Translations under genes and position numbers: made by a program
Assembly (NCBI GenBank): GCA_017995735.1
Contig: JAGOIG010000001.1
Location: 1 to 48,535, forward strand
DNA from: Candidatus Kapaibacterium sp.
GTDB lineage: Bacteria > Bacteroidota > Ignavibacteria > Kapaibacteriales > UBA2268
DNA length: 48,535 nt
Direction: 5' to 3'
Notes under the pieces: model-generated
Databases searched by the model: none
What the model was told of the DNA's origin: nothing
Seen by the model: the letters and a program-made list of their open reading frames with translations, nothing else
Part shown: positions 36,379 through 44,801 of the stretch, one piece after another
How the letters are laid out: each line of letters opens with the position of its first letter
Numbering within the stretch: position 1 is the first letter of the stretch

Positions 36379-37680
36379 CTATTTAATTCTATCAATCCAC
36401 ATTTGGCTAAATCCAAGTGTTTTCGCAGCTTGAATTGCCGCTTCTTTTGTTGGAAATTCTCCAAATCTTACCCTGTACCAAATTATATCTCTTATCTTTT
36501 GCTCGCTTATATATGCTTTTGGTATATTCAGACTTTCTAATTTTTTCTTCCATATCTCAGCGTCATCCCTCGATGGTGTCGAATATACTTGTATTGTATA
36601 TACAGCTTTTTCTAAATTTGCGATTGCTTGCGAATTTGCTTCCTTATAATTTTGACGATTTTCTGCTAGTATAGTTTTTTCTGGTTTTTTATGAATTTGC
36701 TTTGACTCTTTCTTAGGTTTTTCAACTATATTGGTTGTTGGCTTTCGCTGAACAATTTTCTTTTCTATTATATATTGTTTAGAACTTCTTAAGCCATTTC
36801 TTTTTTTTGTCTTCTCAGGAATAGGAGCTAAATTTGTTATATTCTTTTCCTTAGCAGTATCAATTATTTGTTCTTCTTTTTTAGTTAATTGAACAGTATC
36901 TCTTACCTTTGGTGTTGGTGCATTAAGAACCTCTTTCTTTGGTTTTGTTAGAACAGAATTTTTTGTTTTTTTTGAAATTTGACTAATTTGTTTGTTCTTG
37001 AATGCGTTATAACTAAAAAAAGTTGTAATTGCCATAAGTACTATAGCAGTTGAAGTAATCATTATCCATAAAGGAATTCGACGCTTCTTTTCATTATTTT
37101 CTTCTTGGATTTTACTTTGTTTTTCTTCGCTCCTTGCTTCCTTTCCAATATCGGATGATGCATCCTTTTTAATAGATCTTTTTTCTTTTTCCTTTTGTTT
37201 TGGTTCCTCTTCCTCGAGATTAGCAAATTTATCTAAATCGATTAATTCATACTTGCCTTTTTCTTCGACAGGAACAAATTCTATTGATTCGTGTGGTTGC
37301 TTCTTTGATTCTTTCTTTTTAGCACTGTGCTCAAGCTCTTCACTTAAAAATTTTTTAAAATCCTCGTCAAGTTCATAACTCTCATTTTTTGGTTCTTGAA
37401 CATCTTCGATTTTTGGGGCTTCCTCAACTTCAGGTTCTAAATTATTAAAATTAAAAGTTTCCCAAATACTCGGTTGTTCCTCATTATTGTGGTCTGTAAT
37501 ATCGGAAATCTCATTCTTATCGTGTATTGTCTCATCTTCCACATTTTCTGAAGGAAATACAGGAAATTTTTCAGGATAAGATTGTATTTTATTGAGTAAA
37601 AATACCTCCTCATCGCCTATATTTGAATGAGTAGATTGATTTTCTTTCTGTTCATTAATATTTTTTTCTAAATCATCCAT
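36379..37680 (-). CDS. Bitopic SPOR-domain protein (FtsN/DedD-like architecture)
   Basis: About 200-aa acidic/Lys-rich N-terminus, TM IPLWIMITSTAIVLMAITTFF, Lys-rich linker. C-terminal YTIQVYSTPSRDDAEIWKKKL...WYRVRFGEFPTKEAA matches the SPOR pattern. Confidence 0.7.
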   Translation of the reverse strand: MDDLEKNINEQKENQSTHSNIGDEEVFLLNKIQSYPEKFPVFPSENVEDETIHDKNEISDITDHNNEEQPSIWETFNFNNLEPEVEEAPKIEDVQEPKNESYELDEDFKKFLSEELEHSAKKKESKKQPHESIEFVPVEEKGKYELIDLDKFANLEEEEPKQKEKEKRSIKKDASSDIGKEARSEEKQSKIQEENNEKKRRIPLWIMITSTAIVLMAITTFFSYNAFKNKQISQISKKTKNSVLTKPKKEVLNAPTPKVRDTVQLTKKEEQIIDTAKEKNITNLAPIPEKTKKRNGLRSSKQYIIEKKIVQRKPTTNIVEKPKKESKQIHKKPEKTILAENRQNYKEANSQAIANLEKAVYTIQVYSTPSRDDAEIWKKKLESLNIPKAYISEQKIRDIIWYRVRFGEFPTKEAAIQAAKTLGFSQMWIDRIK

Positions 37681-39278
37681 TAAAATTTCCAGTTAACTCC
37701 AATAGTACCAAAAATTCCACGTTCACGATATCCCTGCCATACAAAATTGTTTGAATTTGTCAAGTTTTGCATTTCTGCAAATGCTTTTAAATTCTTTAAT
37801 ATTTCGTAATCAATACCTATCTTCAAATTGAAATATGGATCAATTTCAATAGTATTGTCTCTATTTGTAAAACGTTTAGAATTATAGATTAAAGCAACAT
37901 TTGTGCCAAGTTTATCAAACCATTTTCTATTATAATTTGCTCCAAATTCAATTACCGGCAAATAGGGGATTGAGTTGTTCTCAAAATTTAAAAAAGACAT
38001 ATTAAAAATCAAATCCGCAGAGATTTTATCCTTTTTTGTAATATCCCAAAAACACTCCCCATTTATTTTGAATAAATTTGCTCTTTCATTGATTAAATCA
38101 ATTTGATTAATAGAATCGGAATTGTAATATGGATATTCTTCATAAAACGCTGCAGAACCCTCGATGCTTGCACCCTTTTGTGCATCAGGATGATAATGTA
38201 TTATTGCTTTTAATATTCCATTTGCCTTTGGATAGATTATATCTGAATGGACATTGAAATATGGATTTTGCTTTATAAATTGGCTAAAATATTGCTTTTC
38301 AAGTCCCGTGAAAAATTGAACTTGAAGTGTTAGATTTTCGCTCGGCAAAAAATTTAAATTTGCATTTAACATTAATGAAGATTGGCTTGATTTTAACGTA
38401 TTTGAAGTATTTTGAAATCCAACCTCCCCTTCAATACTTAATAGCTGATAATACATCCCGCCATTAGCTGCAATTTCGTAAAAATTCATAGAATGTGTAT
38501 TGACATTTCCAAAATTTAAATCTAAATTACCACCTAATTTGAAATTGTCAAAATAAGTACTTACATCCAAAAATCCCTCAACCCGATTTTCAAATGCTTT
38601 TGATTGCTTGTCATCAATTTGAACTGTGTATAAGCGCGCACCTGTCGAAAAATTATATCCCTCATAATTTCCATCGCTTACTAAATCAATTCCTGCATTA
38701 TATGTTGTACGTTGTGGCGCAGAAAGAATTCCATATAGTTTATAGTCATTATAACCAAGATTGACGCAAGTACGTGTTCGACTTCCTCCAAATATCCAAA
38801 AAATATCAGGAGCAATATAGTCAGAATTTGCGTTTAAGTAGAACCGTCTGAAATCAGAATTTTTTAAATCCCCTGATGATAAATCAGCACCCGCTCGTCC
38901 ATACAATTCATATCCCTTCCATCGCATTCCATATCCCGCAAGTACATTTGCTGTTGAATATAATCCGAATTGAGCTTGAAGAAATCCTTTTGGAAATTGT
39001 GGCATGATTAAACTCTTTGGCAAAGGTTGAGCTGGGATTAGTAATGAACTTTGTTTTTCTAATGGATTAAGCGAATCCAATTCATTGCTTGTTAAAGCTA
39101 TCGGCGGTTGTGGAAATTGTTTCATACCTGCTTTGACATCTAGTTGTGCAGTTCCCTCAATAATGAATGTTGGCAATTCCAAAGGTGGCTGCTGGGTTGG
39201 AGCTGGTGTCGTTTGAGAAAAAATATAATTACTTGAAATAAATAAAATGAAAATGACTATATATTTTATATTTTTCAT
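37680..39278 (-). CDS. Outer-membrane beta-barrel protein with TonB-dependent-receptor-like C-terminus, no plug domain
   Basis: Signal peptide with cleavage IFS|QTT. Alternating-hydrophobicity strands throughout. C-terminal AEMQNLTNSNNFVWQGYRERGIFGTIGVNWKF ends in the terminal Phe typical of OMPs and TBDTs. Confidence 0.55.
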   Translation of the reverse strand: MKNIKYIVIFILFISSNYIFSQTTPAPTQQPPLELPTFIIEGTAQLDVKAGMKQFPQPPIALTSNELDSLNPLEKQSSLLIPAQPLPKSLIMPQFPKGFLQAQFGLYSTANVLAGYGMRWKGYELYGRAGADLSSGDLKNSDFRRFYLNANSDYIAPDIFWIFGGSRTRTCVNLGYNDYKLYGILSAPQRTTYNAGIDLVSDGNYEGYNFSTGARLYTVQIDDKQSKAFENRVEGFLDVSTYFDNFKLGGNLDLNFGNVNTHSMNFYEIAANGGMYYQLLSIEGEVGFQNTSNTLKSSQSSLMLNANLNFLPSENLTLQVQFFTGLEKQYFSQFIKQNPYFNVHSDIIYPKANGILKAIIHYHPDAQKGASIEGSAAFYEEYPYYNSDSINQIDLINERANLFKINGECFWDITKKDKISADLIFNMSFLNFENNSIPYLPVIEFGANYNRKWFDKLGTNVALIYNSKRFTNRDNTIEIDPYFNLKIGIDYEILKNLKAFAEMQNLTNSNNFVWQGYRERGIFGTIGVNWKF

Positions 39279-39282
39279 TATC

Positions 39283-42200
39283 TCACCTCGTTTTTGTAAG
39301 ATTTTTTAAACGATTTCTGGCTGTTCTTCCATAATCGTCGTCGGGATTGATTGCTGTCAATGCTTTGTATATATCAATTGCAAGTTCATTTTCCCCTTTC
39401 TTTTCGTAAGCTTCCCCCAAATTAAGTAATGATAATGGAAACCAGACTTCCACATTTGTATATTTATCTTTGACAATTATAAATGTTTCAATAGCTTTAT
39501 CCCAATTTTGGTCACGCATCCAAAGCTCGCCTATTCTATATAGTGCTTCAGCAGCAAGGTCATTATCTGTCGATATACTCGATAATACTTCAAATTCTTT
39601 TCGTGCTTCTTCATTCATAGAATTACTACGATAATACATCGCAATTCTATATCGCGCATTTAATCCATATATAGATGTTGGATATTTCTCGGCAACAGTT
39701 TTATACAAATCAATGCTTTTCATTGTATCATTCATTTGAGCTGCAATACTTGCACGCTGAAATATTGCTTGTGCATCATATTCAGTCGAATCGAAATTTT
39801 TATTTATTATTATATAGACAGAATCAGCAGATTGTAAAAATGTCTTTTCTTCAAGTATTGTTGCTAATTCAATAAGCCCTTGCGCTGCAAATTCGCTTTT
39901 TGGGTATTTTTTGAATAAATCACTAAATACATTAATTGCCTTATCTTTTTCATTTAGATTCTGATAGCTTTTTCCCATCCAATATAATGCTTCAGGATCT
40001 TTTTCGCTTCCGGGATGGTCAGCAATGAATTTTTCGTATTCAGTAATTGCATCTTTGTATTTTTTACCCGTATAGAACATCTCACCTTTTTTGAATGCAA
40101 ATTCTTCGATATATGGTGAATTTGGATTTGATTGTATATATTGTTCAGCAATTGCTATTGCCTCGTCTTCTTTCCCGAGAGCTGTATAACAATATTGCAT
40201 ACTTTTTAGTGCCTCGGGAGCTAAAGTATTGCTTGGGAATAATTCAACAACTTTCTTATAATATGCTATTGCTTGGTCATAATTTCCTTGATTATAATAT
40301 GCATCTCCAATTGCATAATATGCACGTGGGACAAGACTGCTTTGTGGATAAGCATCAATTAAATATGAATAATTATTGATTGCATCCACGTACTGCTTTT
40401 GATTGAATTTTATCCATCCAATTAAATATATTGCGTTCGGTGCGTATTGCGAATTTGGATAATTGCCTACAAAATTTAACAATGCTGTAATTGCATCTTC
40501 ATATTTTCCACTTCGATATAGTGCGTGGCATAATTGATATGCTGAATACTGCCCTTCATCGCTTTTTGGTGATAATTTCGCTGCTTGAGAATAGAAATTT
40601 GCAGCCTGTGTATAATCTTTTTGTAAATAATATCCGTCACCTTGACGTGTTAGTACTTCGACTGCATATTTCGACTTTGGAAATTCTTGAGCAAGTGTAG
40701 AAAATATATCGCTTGACCCTTTGAAATTCCTATCTCTAAAATATGACCACCCCAATCCATAAAGTACATCTTCGCGTCTGAAATTTGGATAATTTACAAT
40801 CAATTGATTATATGTCTTCTGAGCATTTTTTAATAAATCTGTTCTATAATAACTTTCTGCAAGCCAAAATAATGCTTCGGGAACCCGTGAATCCTTTGGA
40901 TGAGCACCGATAAAATTATTCAAATTTGAAATTGCTTCAGCGTATCTGTGCGTCTGGATTAAGCAAACTGACTTTTTAAATAATATTTCACTTTCATAAT
41001 ATTTTTTCTCGGGTAGCAATACAGGGTCAGAATTTGATACAATTATATTTGCTTTATCGTATTCATCAAGAGCATCTCCATAATTTCCTAATTGTAAATA
41101 GGTAGAGCCCAGCAATAAATGAATTCGAGCTGCTATACGTCCCGAATTTTCCTCACGCTCAGCGCGTATTAAATTTTTCTTTGCTTCGGTATAATTTTCT
41201 GCTTCATAATTAATTTGTGCAAGTTCAAGCAAAGCAACACCCGAATAAGGGAAATCAGCACGCGATGCAAGGCTTGCAAGTTCCCTTTGCGCATCATCGA
41301 TTTGTCCCGATTTCTCTAATGTTATTGCACGATAAAGCTCTGCTAAATATCGAATATTTTTTTCAGATTCCCCAGCATCGGAAATTACTTGCTCGTAATA
41401 TTTCATAGCTTCATCATACTCTCCTAAATTAAGCGAAGCCCAACCCAAGCCTAAAACAAAATATAATCGAAGATGCTCGACTGTGTATGATTCCAAAAAA
41501 GCTTTGAAAGTAGATTTTGCTTCAGTATAATTTCCAACAACATTATAAGCCTCACCACGTAAATAGTTGATTTCTTCAAATGGCTCTTGAATATAAGATT
41601 GTGGCTCATAAAGTAATCCAAGTGAATCCTTCATTTGAATATGATTATAAGTATTTGAAGCATATTCCAAATCGAAAAAAGCACGTGTGGCTTTGCGTTG
41701 TACTATGTTATTATTTGCTGAACGAATATATGATGCAAGCACTGAATTTGAATATGGATAATTATTCTCAATTATATTAAATTGAATAATTGCACTATCA
41801 TATTCTCTGTTCCGCTCATATATCATACCCACACCAAATAATGCATCGTCCGCATATTTGCTTTGTGGATGTTTTTGGACAAGTTCTTGGAAAATAGGTA
41901 TTGCTTCTAAATATCGTCCTTGCTGATATGTTGCAATTGCTTTCCAATAGGCTGCATCTTCTTCTAAATTTGTTAAATATTCATAATTAGTTCGCCTCAA
42001 TATATCTTTTTCGATAAATGCAATAGATTTTTCGAAAGCTTTTTGTGCATCCGGATATTTGCCTTGCTCTAAATAAATATATGCAATTTGCAAATTTGCC
42101 TCGGGAATTAACGGTGAGTTTGGATGTTTCTCAATATATTGCTTTAATGTGTTTAGAGAGACTTCGTAATTGCCCGAAATTAAATCGATTTTTGCTCGTA

Positions 42201-42468
42201 GTAATTCACTTTTGCCAAATGCAGGATTATCGGGAAATTGAGAGATAGCATCAAGCACCTTTAGCTCAGATTCTCTTAATAATTGCTCGTCAAATAATTG
42301 CTGCGATTTATAATAAATATCCGTACCATATTCAATATTATAAAGATATATTTGGCTAAATCCATTATAACTTGAAAAGAATAAACCTAGTACTGCGATT
42401 AGTAAGTATTTTTTCAACTTATTTGAATTAAATTTCTTATGTTTCACTTTTGAAAAATAAAAAAACAT
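39283..42468 (-). CDS. Large periplasmic tetratricopeptide-repeat protein (repeated YbgF/CpoB-like TPR units)
   Basis: 1061 aa, N-terminal signal peptide (GFS|QIY). Repeats of the form ...A.Y..G..Y...G.Y..A...F...YP.S...P.A.. recur along nearly the whole length. Confidence 0.85.
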   Translation of the reverse strand: MFFYFSKVKHKKFNSNKLKKYLLIAVLGLFFSSYNGFSQIYLYNIEYGTDIYYKSQQLFDEQLLRESELKVLDAISQFPDNPAFGKSELLRAKIDLISGNYEVSLNTLKQYIEKHPNSPLIPEANLQIAYIYLEQGKYPDAQKAFEKSIAFIEKDILRRTNYEYLTNLEEDAAYWKAIATYQQGRYLEAIPIFQELVQKHPQSKYADDALFGVGMIYERNREYDSAIIQFNIIENNYPYSNSVLASYIRSANNNIVQRKATRAFFDLEYASNTYNHIQMKDSLGLLYEPQSYIQEPFEEINYLRGEAYNVVGNYTEAKSTFKAFLESYTVEHLRLYFVLGLGWASLNLGEYDEAMKYYEQVISDAGESEKNIRYLAELYRAITLEKSGQIDDAQRELASLASRADFPYSGVALLELAQINYEAENYTEAKKNLIRAEREENSGRIAARIHLLLGSTYLQLGNYGDALDEYDKANIIVSNSDPVLLPEKKYYESEILFKKSVCLIQTHRYAEAISNLNNFIGAHPKDSRVPEALFWLAESYYRTDLLKNAQKTYNQLIVNYPNFRREDVLYGLGWSYFRDRNFKGSSDIFSTLAQEFPKSKYAVEVLTRQGDGYYLQKDYTQAANFYSQAAKLSPKSDEGQYSAYQLCHALYRSGKYEDAITALLNFVGNYPNSQYAPNAIYLIGWIKFNQKQYVDAINNYSYLIDAYPQSSLVPRAYYAIGDAYYNQGNYDQAIAYYKKVVELFPSNTLAPEALKSMQYCYTALGKEDEAIAIAEQYIQSNPNSPYIEEFAFKKGEMFYTGKKYKDAITEYEKFIADHPGSEKDPEALYWMGKSYQNLNEKDKAINVFSDLFKKYPKSEFAAQGLIELATILEEKTFLQSADSVYIIINKNFDSTEYDAQAIFQRASIAAQMNDTMKSIDLYKTVAEKYPTSIYGLNARYRIAMYYRSNSMNEEARKEFEVLSSISTDNDLAAEALYRIGELWMRDQNWDKAIETFIIVKDKYTNVEVWFPLSLLNLGEAYEKKGENELAIDIYKALTAINPDDDYGRTARNRLKNLTKTR

Positions 42469-42547
42469 AAATTACAAATTTCTTCTTTTGCTGCTTTGTA
42501 AAATTACAAAATATTTATATAATAAAGCAAGATTTTTGAAAATTTTT

Positions 42548-42555
42548 TAATTTTG
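42548..42555 (+). promoter_or_regulatory. Candidate -7 promoter element TAATTTTG for metG-queA
   Basis: Exact TAATTTTG 38 nt upstream of the ATG at 42594. Confidence 0.35.
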
Positions 42556-42593
42556 AAGTTTTGTATTATTTAATTTTCCAACTAAGGCAATTA

Positions 42594-44801
42594 ATGAAAA
42601 AAACACTTATTACTTCCGCACTTCCTTATGCAAATGGATACCTCCATCTTGGCCATTTATCAGGTGCTTATCTTCCCGCTGATATTTTTGCAAGATATTC
42701 AAGACTTTCAGGCAATTCCGTTCTCTATATTTGTGGTTCTGATGAGCATGGCGTTGCTATTACAATATCCGCCGAAAAAGAAGGCAAAACCCCTCAGCAG
42801 ATCATTGACCAATATCATTTCGCTAATAAGGATGCATTCGAAAAATTCCAAATGTCTTTCGATTTCTATTCTCGGACATCTTATCCTGAACATCATAAAT
42901 TAGCAAAAGAATTTTTTGCCTTTTATCTGCGACATAATTATTTGGTAGAAAAAGAAGAGGAACAATTTTATGATGAAAAAGCAAAAATGTTTCTCCCCGA
43001 TAGATATGTGGAAGGCACCTGCCCTAATTGCGGATATGATAAAGCGCGTGGCGACCAATGCGATAATTGCGGTGCTTACTATAATCAAACGGAATTAATT
43101 AATCCTAAAAGTATTATCACAAATGAAACGCCATCGATTAAGCCTACAACACATTGGTATTTCAAATTTCAAGAATTCCAAGAGTTTCTCCAAAATTATA
43201 TTGAGTCACATTCTGATGATTGGAAGCAAAATGTTCTTCAACAATGCAGAAGTTGGCTGAATCAAGGCTTAGCCGAACGTGCTATAACTCGGGATATTAA
43301 TTGGGGCGTCAAAATTGATGATATACCCGAAATTGATAAAGAAAAAGCAGCTGGCAAAGTGCTTTATGTTTGGTTTGATGCAGTTCTTGGTTATATTTCA
43401 GGCACTCAAATTTGGGCTCGTAATTACTATGGTGATGAAAATCGTTATGCTGATTGGTGGAAGAACCCCGATACAGATTATTATGCCTTTATTGGAAAGG
43501 ATAATATAATTTTTCATACATTGATTTTCCCTGCAATGTTGCACGCAAGAGGAGACTATATTTTACCAAAAAATGTTCCCGCTAATGAATTTCTTAATCT
43601 TGAAGGACAAAAATTCTCGAAATCTCGTAATTGGAGCATTGATTTAATTGATTTCCTTCGGGATTTCCCTGAGGATTCCTCGATTGATGCATTGCGATAT
43701 ACTTTGCTAATGAATTTACCTGAAACACATGATACTGATTTCACTTGGCGCGATTTTCAACTGCGAAATAATAGCGAACTTGCTGCAATCCTGGGAAATT
43801 TCGTTAATCGCACAATACAATTTGTTTTGAATAATTTCGATAAGAAAACACCCGTTCTTCTAGGAAAATTTGCAGATTTCCCGAAAGAATGGACAAGGGC
43901 AGTTGAATATCTAAATATCAATTTTTCAAATGATATAGAAAACGCAAAATTGCCTGAAAATTTTTCTGACCACCTTTTTCTAAATGATATTGCTTTAATA
44001 CAATCCTTATGGTTCGGAATTGAAAAATCTAAATATTTCTTAGGTAAATTCCGAATAAAAGATGCTTTTTTTGAAATAATGAATATCGCTCGTGCATCAA
44101 ATAAATATTTCAACGATGAAGCACCTTGGAAATCAATTAAAACTGACACTGATTGCGCAGCCAAAACACTTTATGCTTGTGTTCAAATGATATATAACCT
44201 CTCAATTCTTTTTGCTCCTGTAATTCCATCATCAGCACTTAAAATGCAACAAGCTTTGAATATAGAAAAAATTCAGATTGGAAATAATACAAATGGCGAA
44301 ATTATCCAAAATTATTGGGACCTTGCTAAATATCCTAATATTGCCGAGGGATATTCTATCAATAATTTGAATGTTTTGTTCCCGATTATAGAAGATAAAG
44401 TTATTGCAAAACAAATTGAAAAACTTGGCATTTCACTTAACCAAAAAAATATTAAAAAAACCGAAACAACCAATTTGATTTCTATAGATGAATTTCGAAA
44501 AATTCAATTAAGAACAGCAAAAATTATAAATGCTGAAAAAATTGAAGGATCTGATAAATTAGTAAAATTACAAATTGAAATTGGTACTGAACAGCGTCAA
44601 ATTGTTGCTGGTATTGCCAAATATTATGAACCAAATGAGTTGATAGGGAAAAATATTGTTGTCGTAGCAAATTTGCAACCGACTAAATTGTTTGGTCAAA
44701 CATCGGAAGGTATGTTGCTTGCTGCAAAAACACCCGATGGCAAATTATCCTTGATTTCTCCAATTGATACTTTATTTCCTTCGGGAGCCGATGTAAGCTA
44801 A
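42594..44801 (+). CDS. metG: Methionine--tRNA ligase with C-terminal tRNA-binding (Trbp111/EMAP-like) domain
   Basis: ALPYANGYLHLGHL (HIGH), zinc knuckle CPNCGYDKARGDQCDNCG, KFSKS (KMSKS), C-terminal LRTAKIINAEKIEGSDKLVKLQI...VVVANLQP. Start set to ATG 42594 (MKKTLITS). Confidence 0.95.
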   Translation: MKKTLITSALPYANGYLHLGHLSGAYLPADIFARYSRLSGNSVLYICGSDEHGVAITISAEKEGKTPQQIIDQYHFANKDAFEKFQMSFDFYSRTSYPEHHKLAKEFFAFYLRHNYLVEKEEEQFYDEKAKMFLPDRYVEGTCPNCGYDKARGDQCDNCGAYYNQTELINPKSIITNETPSIKPTTHWYFKFQEFQEFLQNYIESHSDDWKQNVLQQCRSWLNQGLAERAITRDINWGVKIDDIPEIDKEKAAGKVLYVWFDAVLGYISGTQIWARNYYGDENRYADWWKNPDTDYYAFIGKDNIIFHTLIFPAMLHARGDYILPKNVPANEFLNLEGQKFSKSRNWSIDLIDFLRDFPEDSSIDALRYTLLMNLPETHDTDFTWRDFQLRNNSELAAILGNFVNRTIQFVLNNFDKKTPVLLGKFADFPKEWTRAVEYLNINFSNDIENAKLPENFSDHLFLNDIALIQSLWFGIEKSKYFLGKFRIKDAFFEIMNIARASNKYFNDEAPWKSIKTDTDCAAKTLYACVQMIYNLSILFAPVIPSSALKMQQALNIEKIQIGNNTNGEIIQNYWDLAKYPNIAEGYSINNLNVLFPIIEDKVIAKQIEKLGISLNQKNIKKTETTNLISIDEFRKIQLRTAKIINAEKIEGSDKLVKLQIEIGTEQRQIVAGIAKYYEPNELIGKNIVVVANLQPTKLFGQTSEGMLLAAKTPDGKLSLISPIDTLFPSGADVS

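Noticed and set aside
42561-42593. TTG-initiated 11-codon extension of metG
   Set aside because: The conserved MetRS N-terminus starts at MKKTLITSALPYANG (ATG 42594). A promoter-like TAATTTTG lies just upstream, so the extension would fall in the leader.
43757-44164. 135-aa antisense ORF inside metG (and several 60-90-aa ORFs at 42628-43744)
   Set aside because: All lie within the conserved metG coding region in other frames or on the other strand, with no motifs.
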